Source of the DNA: a virus
Taxonomy: Duplodnaviria > Caudoviricetes
IMG/VR virus record: IMGVR_UViG_3300013936_000023
Span: 10,757-74,756 of that record
Length of the DNA stretch: 64,000 nucleotides
Direction: 5' to 3' (one strand)
Each line of letters begins with the position of its first letter. Position 1 is the first letter of the stretch. The notes under the pieces are model-generated. The model was not told the origin of the DNA. It did no database searches and saw only the letters and a program-made list of their open reading frames with translations. This document shows, one piece after another, positions 29,523 to 37,131 of this stretch. A program made the translations under genes and the position numbers.

Positions 29523-29662
29523 ATAATCAGGATTTCGATTGCAATTTGCAACGCTATGTTGTATTGGGTGTAATTTGATGGCTAAAATTTTCTTGCGAAT
29601 TTGAGCTGAATTTTCTGATAAGTTGTGTGTGAAAAATATCTTAGAAAATTTTGAAAAAGGTA

Positions 29663-29691
29663 TTGACATAGAATCAAGGCTATGATACAAT
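29663..29691 (+). promoter_or_regulatory. sigmaA promoter for the tRNA/ncRNA cluster
   Basis: TTGACA-N17-TACAAT with extended TG. Confidence 0.7.
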
Positions 29692-29802
29692 ACACGATGT
29701 CAGGAGGCAAGAGTCCTGACGTTGGGTGTGGTAAGGACAAAGCGAGAGGTAATGTTCTTCAACTCGAATGGCTGGTGAGAGGATAAATAATCCAGCCAAA
29801 AT

Positions 29803-29877
29803 CGGGGAGTAAGCCAATGATAGACGGCAGCATTTGGGATGCTGAGGTTGCAGGTTTGAGTCCTGCCTCTCCGACCA
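29803..29877 (+). tRNA. tRNA-Pro(UGG)
   Basis: Acceptor CGGGGAG/CTCTCCG, anticodon arm CAGCA-TTTGGGA-TGCTG, T-arm GCAGG/CCTGC, encoded CCA. Confidence 0.85.
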
Positions 29878-29967
29878 AGCCGTAAAATACGGCAAGTGTT
29901 CATGTTGTGGCTCTCCTTTCAAATTTGCATGGTGCTGGGCATCACTTGAAACTGCCCGTTGGGATAT

Positions 29968-30068
29968 GCAAGATGCGGTTGGCGCAGTTTGGTTCGATTC
30001 CGATTAACTGGTAGCGCAAGGCTACACCTGACGAGGAGGCAGCGGTGGTTCGACTCCACCATCTTGCG
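29968..30068 (+). ncRNA. tRNA-like RNA with two T-loops (unassigned)
   Basis: GCAAGAT/ATCTTGC stem on T-arm GGTGG-TTCGACT-CCACC; second GG-TTCGATT-CC; no normal anticodon arm. Confidence 0.5.
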
Positions 30069-30179
30069 GACAGTAAAGTCTTAAAAATCTTCATAACATG
30101 TTATTCCAGCGGAAAGTTAAAGAGGCTGGCGTTTAGACCTGCGTGCCTATCAATGGTGGTACGAAAAGCCATCAAATAT

Positions 30180-30253
30180 AGCCGATTAGGATAAAAGAAG
30201 TCCGGATGGCTTTGAACCATTAAGAGGCGGGGCGGTACCGTCATCGGCCGCCA
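30180..30253 (+). tRNA. divergent tRNA-Gln(UUG)
   Basis: GCCGAT/ATCGGC acceptor with 1-72 mismatch, anticodon loop CTTTGAA, non-canonical T-loop GGCGGTA, CCA. Confidence 0.55.
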
Positions 30254-30254
30254 G

Positions 30255-30344
30255 ATAAACATAGGGAACAATCAAGTCGCTCTTGGTTGAGATAACAGCG
30301 CTCCTTCGTTGGGCTATGTTTATAAAATAAATATATCTAAGGAG
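30255..30344 (+). promoter_or_regulatory. HEG leader RNA copy B
   Basis: P1 ATAAACATAG/CTATGTTTAT, P2 AATCAAG/CTTGGTT, P3 CAGCG/CGTTG; loop CTCCTT pairs with SD AAGGAG. Confidence 0.65.
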
Positions 30345-30354
30345 AGGTATTATA

Positions 30355-31035
30355 ATGAGTAAGCGTTGTGATAATGCTATCGGTAAAAGGGTTGGCATAT
30401 ATGATGTTTTATATAAATGCGACCATAGGGACAAAGACGGTCATGAGTTATGTCATGTAAAATGCTCTGTGTGCGGGTGGGAGTCTAATATGAGGCTTTC
30501 TCAAATATCGAAAGCTAAGACTTGTACACACATATGTCTTGGAGGTAAGTTTGTACCAAAGTATTCTTGGAAGTCTCAAAGGCTTAGAAGAATATTTTCT
30601 AACATTAAAAGTAGATGCTATGACCCAAGCAACAAATCTTACCGTTGGTATGGCGGCAAAGGAATTGTCGTATGTGATGAATGGCTGTCAAATCCAGCTT
30701 CGTTTGAGGACTGGGCGTTACAAAATGGATATAGTGATGATTTAACAATAGACAGGATTGATGAATCTCTTGGCTATTGTCCAGATAATTGTAGATGGAT
30801 AACAGTCAAAGCTAATTCCAAATATAAATCTACGACAAGAGTTATCTACGTAAACGGCGTTGGTCATACGGGAAGAGATTGGGCAAAGATTTTATGTCTT
30901 GGCACAAACGTCATCAACAAAATGATGAGAGAATACGACGAGGATATTGTCGCAAGATTTATAAGAGCGAGAATGTACAATCCATCCTTAAAAACAAGAA
31001 ATAAATCTTGGTTAAAGGTTTATGGTTTAATCTAA
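30355..31035 (+). CDS. HNH-like (IDRID/NCRW) homing endonuclease
   Basis: IKSRC...YGGKGIVVCDEW...TIDRID...GYCPDNCRW. Confidence 0.8.
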   Translation: MSKRCDNAIGKRVGIYDVLYKCDHRDKDGHELCHVKCSVCGWESNMRLSQISKAKTCTHICLGGKFVPKYSWKSQRLRRIFSNIKSRCYDPSNKSYRWYGGKGIVVCDEWLSNPASFEDWALQNGYSDDLTIDRIDESLGYCPDNCRWITVKANSKYKSTTRVIYVNGVGHTGRDWAKILCLGTNVINKMMREYDEDIVARFIRARMYNPSLKTRNKSWLKVYGLI

Positions 31036-31212
31036 ACAACGTTCTAAAAGCCAGTTTTGTTTTAGTGGATTTCTAAAAAGATTCTCAAATAACAAGAAAG
31101 ATGCCGCAGCCACTGCGAAGTGTGGCAAGCAATCAAAGCTCGCCTCTCCATATACCGAGCTTGTATTAACGGTGTAGGTAGTTCACCGTTATAGTTCTGA
31201 GGGAGGCAATTT

Positions 31213-31289
31213 GCTATCATAGCTCAACTGGATAGAGCAGCGTTCTTATAAAGCGCAGGCCGGTTGTTCGAGTCAACCTGATAGCACCA
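31213..31289 (+). tRNA. tRNA-Ile(UAU)
   Basis: Acceptor GCTATCA/TGATAGC, D-arm GCTC/GAGC, anticodon arm GCGTT-CTTATAA-AGCGC, TTCGAGT loop, CCA. Confidence 0.85.
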
Positions 31290-31334
31290 CAGGCCAGTAA
31301 GCGGGCCTTCATAGTAAACCTCCTATAAAGTCGA

Positions 31335-31392
31335 TGCGGTTAAGCAGCTCTGTGGTTCGGGGAAAACCATGGAGCTGTTGCCGCATTTTCCT
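31335..31392 (+). terminator. long hairpin terminator after tRNA-Ile
   Basis: ATGCGG..GCAGCTC/GAGCTGT..CCGCAT followed by TTT. Confidence 0.55.
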
Positions 31393-31404
31393 TGAAATTT
31401 ATGC

Positions 31405-31433
31405 TTGACAAATAGCTCGACATATGCTATCAT
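31405..31433 (+). promoter_or_regulatory. sigmaA promoter
   Basis: TTGACA-N17-TATCAT. Confidence 0.65.
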
Positions 31434-31463
31434 AGCATCAGAAAACAAAAGGAGGAATAAACA

Positions 31464-32294
31464 ATGAATAAGGCTTATGTTGATTATCTGGTTGGCGAGC
31501 AGAAGAGTAGCAACACCATCAAGGCGTATGTCAAGGATGTTGAGCAGATGCTTGACTATATTGGCAAGCTGGAGGAGAACATCAGCTATGCCGACCTCCT
31601 AAACTGGAAGGCGAGCATCAGCAGTATGGCGTCTGCAAGCGTCAATCGCAAAATCGTGGCGGTCAGCGGGTACTTCAAGTTCCTGCATGATGTAGATGCC
31701 ATCAGCACCAATCCTGCGGCGAACCTAAAGAGCGTCAAGGTCCACAACAAGGAAAAGCTGGCTATGAGCCGCGAGGACATTTGCAAGATGCTCAACGCTT
31801 GCAAGAGCAACCGGCAGAAGGCCATGCTGTATACGCTTGGCGCGACTGGTATGCGTGTGAGCGAGCTGACGGGGCTTGGCTATAAGCAGTACCGTGATCG
31901 TGTTGATAACCAGCTCGTTATCACAGGTAAGGGTGACAAGCAGCGCGTGGTTTATTTGAATCATCAGGCGGTCGAGGCTATCAACCTCTACATCCGTACT
32001 GAACGCAAGGCTGGCAGCGAGTTTCTGTTTGCCAGCTCTCAAGGCGGCAAAGTCGATGCTAACAATTTCGACAAAACGCTCAAGGCTTTGGCTCGTAAGG
32101 CTGGCGTCAAGAACGCGGATGCTGTTAGCGCTCATACGTTCCGCCATAGCTTTGCCACGATTCTTTTGAATGAGGGTCAGCCGATTGATGTTGTGTCGAA
32201 ATTGCTTGGGCACAATAACATTCAGACCACGCTCATTTATGCAAAGCGCAATGCGCAGACGTTAAGAGCTGCGGGTGTGTCTGTATCGTTTTAG
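31464..32294 (+). CDS. tyrosine recombinase (XerC/D-like)
   Basis: TGMRVSEL, GKGDKQR, HTFRHSFAT, LGHNNIQTTLIY. Confidence 0.9.
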   Translation: MNKAYVDYLVGEQKSSNTIKAYVKDVEQMLDYIGKLEENISYADLLNWKASISSMASASVNRKIVAVSGYFKFLHDVDAISTNPAANLKSVKVHNKEKLAMSREDICKMLNACKSNRQKAMLYTLGATGMRVSELTGLGYKQYRDRVDNQLVITGKGDKQRVVYLNHQAVEAINLYIRTERKAGSEFLFASSQGGKVDANNFDKTLKALARKAGVKNADAVSAHTFRHSFATILLNEGQPIDVVSKLLGHNNIQTTLIYAKRNAQTLRAAGVSVSF

Positions 32295-32303
32295 GAGGAC
32301 ATA

Positions 32304-33221
32304 ATGAATTATAATTTTACCGATATGACCGGATGGAAAATGAACGAGCACGGCGTTCCTGATAGTAGATGGACAGTTAAACGTTTCGTTGGCCTTAATA
32401 AGAGTGGCAAGGCTATGTGGGAATGCGAATGTTCTTGTGATAAGCACACTATCAAAACAGTTGAAGGAACGCTTTTGAGAGGTGGTCAAAGCAAGAGTTG
32501 TGGATGCTACCGTTTGGTTAGACGGCGTAAGAACCATGGATTCGTCGATATGACGGGTTGGGTTATGAAAGAACATGGTGTGCCAGAGAGTCGCCTTACC
32601 GCGTTGAGCTTGGCTGAACCATACATTGGCAATGACGGCCACAAGAGACAACAGTGGTTATGCCATTGTGAATGCGGCAACGAAATTATTGCGCTTGGAT
32701 TTCATATTAGAAAGGGCGTTACGAAATCGTGTGGATGCTACCACTCTGATGTTAGTGCTGAGCTTGGCCGTAGGACGGGCAAACTTAGAGTGACGCATGG
32801 CGAAAGTAATACGCGTTTGTATAAAGAGTGGCGCGGCATGAAGGTGCGGTGCAACAATCCAACAGACCAACATTGGCCAGATTACGGTGGCAGGGGCATT
32901 AGGCTATGCGATGAATGGAATGAATCGTATGAAGCGTTTGCCGAGTGGGCAAAAGCAAATGGATATGATGATAGTTTGACGATTGACCGCATTGATGTGA
33001 ACGGTAACTATGAACCGTCGAACTGTCGATGGGTGACGCAGAAAGAGCAAAGTAATAATAAGAGAACCAACGTGTATTTGACGTATAAAGGTGAGACAAA
33101 AACGGCGGCGCAGTGGGCCGAAGAAATTGGCATGAATCCCATAACGTTGCGTAGGAGAATCCAAAAAGGCTGGAGCGTTGAGGACGCTATCGAGAAGCCA
33201 TTGAGAAGAAAATCGTTTTGA
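32304..33221 (+). CDS. HNH-like (IDRID/NCRW) homing endonuclease with duplicated CxC...SCGC modules
   Basis: WECECSC..SKSCGC twice; YGGRGIRLCDEW; TIDRIDVNGNYEPSNCRW. Confidence 0.8.
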   Translation: MNYNFTDMTGWKMNEHGVPDSRWTVKRFVGLNKSGKAMWECECSCDKHTIKTVEGTLLRGGQSKSCGCYRLVRRRKNHGFVDMTGWVMKEHGVPESRLTALSLAEPYIGNDGHKRQQWLCHCECGNEIIALGFHIRKGVTKSCGCYHSDVSAELGRRTGKLRVTHGESNTRLYKEWRGMKVRCNNPTDQHWPDYGGRGIRLCDEWNESYEAFAEWAKANGYDDSLTIDRIDVNGNYEPSNCRWVTQKEQSNNKRTNVYLTYKGETKTAAQWAEEIGMNPITLRRRIQKGWSVEDAIEKPLRRKSF

Positions 33222-33270
33222 ATGGCTCAATGCCGTTTGAATAAAATCAAAAATTGTAAAGGAGGTCTAT

Positions 33271-33537
33271 ATGCAAGATTATCCAGAGAGCATCATCAAT
33301 GAGGTCGAACGCGAATGTTGTTATCAAGAGGATGATGTCGCTGAATCGCTTGAAGCAATCCTTAATGAGACCCGCGAGCTGACGGATGCTTGCAGAGAAT
33401 GGCTTGTTGCGCACGACCGATGTATTTATTGCGGCTCGAAATTGTACACTATGCGCGGCAGAGAATATCATTCAGAGGTTGACGCATACGAGCCATATTG
33501 TGAGAAATATTGCCCAATTTGTGATTTAGGAGGCTAA
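33271..33537 (+). CDS. zinc-ribbon hypothetical protein
   Basis: CIYCG...CPIC; SD AAGGAGGT. Confidence 0.65.
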   Translation: MQDYPESIINEVERECCYQEDDVAESLEAILNETRELTDACREWLVAHDRCIYCGSKLYTMRGREYHSEVDAYEPYCEKYCPICDLGG

Positions 33538-33538
33538 A

Positions 33539-33775
33539 ATGGACGAAAAAGATAAGAAATTTGAAGAATCCATTCGAGAGAAAATCGGGACGATTTGCAA
33601 GCAGCAGTTCATGCTTGGGCTTATGGCAGGTCATCAGGCGGCATGGGAGATTGCCGTTGAGCAGACCAAAGACATGACCAGCGCCAAGAAAATCAAGAAA
33701 TTCCTCAAGGATAAGCTGGACATTGCGACGAGAGTAAAAGAACGCCGCCCAGAGGAGGTCAAGCATGAAGTATAA
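33539..33775 (+). CDS. hypothetical protein
   Basis: 78 aa; SD GGAGG. Confidence 0.65.
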   Translation: MDEKDKKFEESIREKIGTICKQQFMLGLMAGHQAAWEIAVEQTKDMTSAKKIKKFLKDKLDIATRVKERRPEEVKHEV

Positions 33776-34043
33776 AGATTCGCTTATCCCAGTATATTTA
33801 TTTGCTGGTGGCGTCCTGTTCTATACCATCGCCATGCCGTGTTTGGACAGCATTAGTTGTGTATTGCAGTCGGCTTGCAATCGTCTGGTGGCAAAATGGC
33901 AGATGGATTTGAATGAAGCTCAAGCCGAAAGCAATGCGGCTGTTGAGGTTATCCAGCCAGCCAGCCAGCAGAATACTCAAGCCATCGGTTTTGACCTTGG
34001 CTATACGGAGGGCAACGACGATGACTGGTGTGACAAGCGGTAA
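33765..34043 (+). CDS. hypothetical membrane protein
   Basis: Hydrophobic N-terminus; SD GAGGAGG. Confidence 0.6.
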   Translation: MKYKDSLIPVYLFAGGVLFYTIAMPCLDSISCVLQSACNRLVAKWQMDLNEAQAESNAAVEVIQPASQQNTQAIGFDLGYTEGNDDDWCDKR

Positions 34044-34242
34044 GCAGCTCTGGAATATTGTATGCACACGATGCCAGTACCAGCGGCAATGCGACGAGCG
34101 ATGCTGTGGGCAAGGCGGCCACCAGCATATCAAGGATGCCGTGACGCGATACTATACGAGCCGTAGAGATTGCCCGTTGTGGATTGCATTTGAATCAGAT
34201 AGGAGAAGCAAGAATGGCAAGCAAGAAGAAGATTGTGAATGA
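34021..34242 (+). CDS. small Cys-rich hypothetical protein
   Basis: MTGVTSGKQLWNIVCTRCQY...; SD GGAGGG. Confidence 0.45.
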   Translation: MTGVTSGKQLWNIVCTRCQYQRQCDERCCGQGGHQHIKDAVTRYYTSRRDCPLWIAFESDRRSKNGKQEEDCE

Positions 34243-34906
34243 CGTAAACGAGTTTGGTGCACCGCCCGAGGATATGTTCTTTGGGCTGACGCTCAATGAG
34301 GGCCAGAAGATTTTCCGTGATGCTATCATGTCGGAAGATAAACAGGTGGTCATTGCCAATGCTGTTGCTGGTAGCGGCAAGACATTGATTGCTACGGCGT
34401 GTGCGAGGATGCTTCAGGCGTATCATGGCTATGACGGCGTGGTTTACGTGTTCAGCGCGAACCAAGAACAGGCATTAGGGTATAGGCCGGGAACAACTGA
34501 AGAAAAAATTTTAGATTACAGAGAACCTTTGGACGATGCTCTTATCAAGCTCAACGAGGACCCCGTTCGTGCCATCAGCTCTGTGGATACAATCAAGATG
34601 GGCACGGCATGGATTGATGCTCGCCCGTCGACGTTTCTTCGTGGCGTAAACTTTAATCATAAAGTCGTCATCATTGATGAGTGCCAGAACTTCACTGTAC
34701 CTGAAATCAAAAAGGTCATCAGCCGATGCGATGATGCTTGTAAGGTTATCCTTATTGGATGTTCGGCGCAGATTGATATCCCTGCTGACCGGTCATGTTT
34801 TGAGCGTCTGATTCAGTATCTTGGCGCATATGACTTTGTCAAGGTTTGTCATTTACCTGAGAGCTACAGAGGAAAATTATGTACAATCATTGACCGCTTC
34901 TTATAA
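34214..34906 (+). CDS. phoH: PhoH-family ATPase
   Basis: AVAGSGKT, FLRGVNF, IIDECQN, LIGCSAQID. Confidence 0.85.
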   Translation: MASKKKIVNDVNEFGAPPEDMFFGLTLNEGQKIFRDAIMSEDKQVVIANAVAGSGKTLIATACARMLQAYHGYDGVVYVFSANQEQALGYRPGTTEEKILDYREPLDDALIKLNEDPVRAISSVDTIKMGTAWIDARPSTFLRGVNFNHKVVIIDECQNFTVPEIKKVISRCDDACKVILIGCSAQIDIPADRSCFERLIQYLGAYDFVKVCHLPESYRGKLCTIIDRFL

Positions 34907-34914
34907 AATAATGC

Positions 34915-34970
34915 TTGACAATCCTCCTGTTTTATGGTACAATCCAAGTATCAACCAGATAGGGGGATTG
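34915..34970 (+). promoter_or_regulatory. sigmaA promoter with embedded anti-SD arm
   Basis: TTGACA-N17-TACAAT; CAATCCTCCT (34919-28) pairs with AGGGGGATTG (34961-70). Confidence 0.65.
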
Positions 34971-34976
34971 ATTTTA

Positions 34977-35200
34977 TGAACGACCTTGAGAAAGCGCTAA
35001 ATTGCTATCAATGTGTTCTGGACGATGTTTGCTTTGGGTTGACGTGTACGGATTGCAATTTATACCAGCAGCAATATCTAAATGCGCAAGATGTTATGGA
35101 AGCAGCTATCCGGCGCATCCATCAGCTTGAAAAATCAAATCGCAATTGGCGGCGTAAAGTCCAGAGATTGCGTAAAGAATTGAAGGAGGTAAAGTTATGA
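34977..35200 (+). CDS. hypothetical protein
   Basis: Start at ATG 34977; CxxC..CxxC and coiled coil. Confidence 0.6.
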
Positions 35201-35373
35201 AGAGTAAATGGAAATGGGTAATCTGGATGTCGATTCTGGCTGTGCTCAACGCTGGATGTGGCGTGTATAGCCTTAGCTGGCGACCTGATTGGCGAACGGC
35301 TGTGAGCTGGTTCGTTTCCGGATGCTGTGCGATGAGCGCGTTCTGGAGTTGGTTGCATGACGAGGAGGATTAA
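35197..35373 (+). CDS. small Trp-rich membrane protein (58 aa)
   Basis: MKSKWKWVIWMSILAVLNAG...; SD AAGGAGGT. Confidence 0.55.
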   Translation: MKSKWKWVIWMSILAVLNAGCGVYSLSWRPDWRTAVSWFVSGCCAMSAFWSWLHDEED

Positions 35374-35376
35374 GCC

Positions 35377-36402
35377 ATGACATTCTTAGATTGGGCAAGC
35401 ACAAGCCCTGAGATTCGATTCACAGTAAGCAAGTATGATGGCCTACATTGCAATCCCAATGCGGCATATGCTTATAAAGAGCGCGGGTTACTAATGGGTT
35501 GCGAAGAGCGCATCAAGGCGGCTATCGGTGTTAATAGTGGCCACGTGTTGTATTTTAGATGCGCAACGGAGGCGATTGAATGGTTGGTCAATACGGTAGG
35601 CGGCAGCAGATTGGCATGGTCGCATAGCCCATATGAACACGATGCTTGTCTGATAGGAGCAACGGCCAAACCAAATGAAATTATCGGCGCGGATTTTTAC
35701 ATTCATCAATGGGTCAATCATATTACGGGAGAAATTTTCGACCTGAAGAAAATTCGGGCAGAGTTAGACGAAGATTGCCGTCTGGTTGTAGATGCTACGG
35801 CAGGATTTGGTAAAGCCAAGCTGCCACGAGACATTGACAATATTGCCGATGCGCTGTTCATGTCGGGACACAAGATTGGATGTCCCGACCTTTCGTTCAT
35901 GTGGATCAACGACGAGCTTTGTGAATGGCTTGGAGCGGCTAAGGATATCCGTAACCAATGGGGTTTACATCATGGCAGCTTAAGCGTGGCGAGCGTGCTG
36001 GCATTGGCCGATGCTGTTGAGTGGGCGTGTGAAAATGGCGACCGAGTAGATGGGCATGGTATTGACCTGTATGTGCAGATGAACAATCTTCTTGACGAGG
36101 CTTGTATTGAGCACCACGATGTGATTGGGTGTCAAATGTTTGCGGGGTCTATCAACGCCATTCGCCTCAATGGCATCAATGCCGATGCTCTACAGCAGTT
36201 CCTTGCTTCGCGCAACGTCTACATTGGCGTAGGTGGCTCGGCTTGCTCTGCGGCGCATGACCATCGCGTGTTGCGGGCATATGGCCTGACAGATGATGAA
36301 GCGGCTGAGATTATCAGGGTGTCGTTTGGGCCAGAGACGACAGCAGATGATATTAAAGCGCTGGTTGACGGCATCAAGGAATATCGTAAGCGGTTTTGCT
36401 AA
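35377..36402 (+). CDS. IscS/NifS-like cysteine desulfurase (class V PLP enzyme)
   Basis: FLDWASTSP, ATEA, VDAT, SGHKIG (PLP Lys), GSAC (catalytic Cys), IRVSFG. Confidence 0.8.
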   Translation: MTFLDWASTSPEIRFTVSKYDGLHCNPNAAYAYKERGLLMGCEERIKAAIGVNSGHVLYFRCATEAIEWLVNTVGGSRLAWSHSPYEHDACLIGATAKPNEIIGADFYIHQWVNHITGEIFDLKKIRAELDEDCRLVVDATAGFGKAKLPRDIDNIADALFMSGHKIGCPDLSFMWINDELCEWLGAAKDIRNQWGLHHGSLSVASVLALADAVEWACENGDRVDGHGIDLYVQMNNLLDEACIEHHDVIGCQMFAGSINAIRLNGINADALQQFLASRNVYIGVGGSACSAAHDHRVLRAYGLTDDEAAEIIRVSFGPETTADDIKALVDGIKEYRKRFC

Positions 36403-36412
36403 AATTTAATAC

Positions 36413-36469
36413 TTGACAAATCTCCTCTTGTGTGGTATCATGTAGATATGATGTAAGAGGAGGTTTGTC
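36413..36469 (+). promoter_or_regulatory. sigmaA promoter with embedded 15-bp anti-SD arm
   Basis: TTGACA-N17-TATCAT; GACAAATCTCCTCTT pairs with AAGAGGAGGTTTGTC. Confidence 0.75.
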
Positions 36470-36474
36470 TTGTT

Positions 36475-37131
36475 ATGGAAGAAATTTGGAAAGATGTAAT
36501 CGGGTATGAAGGTTTGTATGAAGTTAGCAATTTCGGATTGGTGCGCAGCGTTGATAGAGTTGTAACAAGGAAAACTGATGGTGCTTTATGTTATCTAAGG
36601 GGTAAAAAGTTGACTCAGCAAATTGATTCCAGTGGTAGATATTGGATGGTTGCTTTAAGTAAAAATGGTATTGAGAAAAGCTATAAAGTTCATTCATTGG
36701 TCGCAAAAGCATTCTTACCAAATGACGGCTCCTCCTTGGTTGTTGTGCACAAGGATGAAAAGAATCTGAAATATGATGGCGTATGCAACAACAGAGTTGA
36801 CAATCTTGAATGGGGAACGCTGGCAGAGAATAGTTCCAGTCCTGTTGCGAGAGAGCGCAATGCGGCATCTAAGAATATGGTTGGCGAAAACAATCCAATG
36901 TACGGTAAAACTCAATCTGAAGAGACGAGAAGGAAAATTTCTATTAAACTCAAAGGTAAGGGTGGGAGAATATCTCGTTCAAAGAAGGTCATGTGTGACG
37001 GAGTTTTATATGACTGTGTAACGGACTGTGCGGCAGCGTATAACGTAAAGGCTTGTACTATGATGTCTTGGTTGCGCGGTGATAGACCCATGAGAAAAGA
37101 TTTTAGAGAGAGAGGGCTTACCTATGTCTAA
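36475..37131 (+). CDS. NUMOD4-HNH-NUMOD3 homing endonuclease
   Basis: EEIWKDVIGYEGLYEVSNFG; VHSLVAKAF; VVHKDE...NNRVDNLEW. Confidence 0.85.
   Translation: MEEIWKDVIGYEGLYEVSNFGLVRSVDRVVTRKTDGALCYLRGKKLTQQIDSSGRYWMVALSKNGIEKSYKVHSLVAKAFLPNDGSSLVVVHKDEKNLKYDGVCNNRVDNLEWGTLAENSSSPVARERNAASKNMVGENNPMYGKTQSEETRRKISIKLKGKGGRISRSKKVMCDGVLYDCVTDCAAAYNVKACTMMSWLRGDRPMRKDFRERGLTYV

Noticed and set aside
30027-30036. Hammerhead ribozyme core (CTGACGA)
   Set aside because: No stem II followed by GAAA and no matching stems I/III.
31290-31335. Theta/HDV-like ribozyme after the tRNAs
   Set aside because: The trailers form simple hairpins; the nested P1-P2-P3-P1.1 topology could not be built.
32285-33219. 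ATCGTTTT direct repeat flanking the HNH gene (32285-92 and 33212-19) as a target-site duplication
   Set aside because: Only 8 bp in AT-rich sequence, and HEGs do not normally create duplications; could be chance.
35377-36402. DNA phosphorothioation (Dnd) system
   Set aside because: Only a desulfurase is present; no dndB-E or ssp genes in the window.
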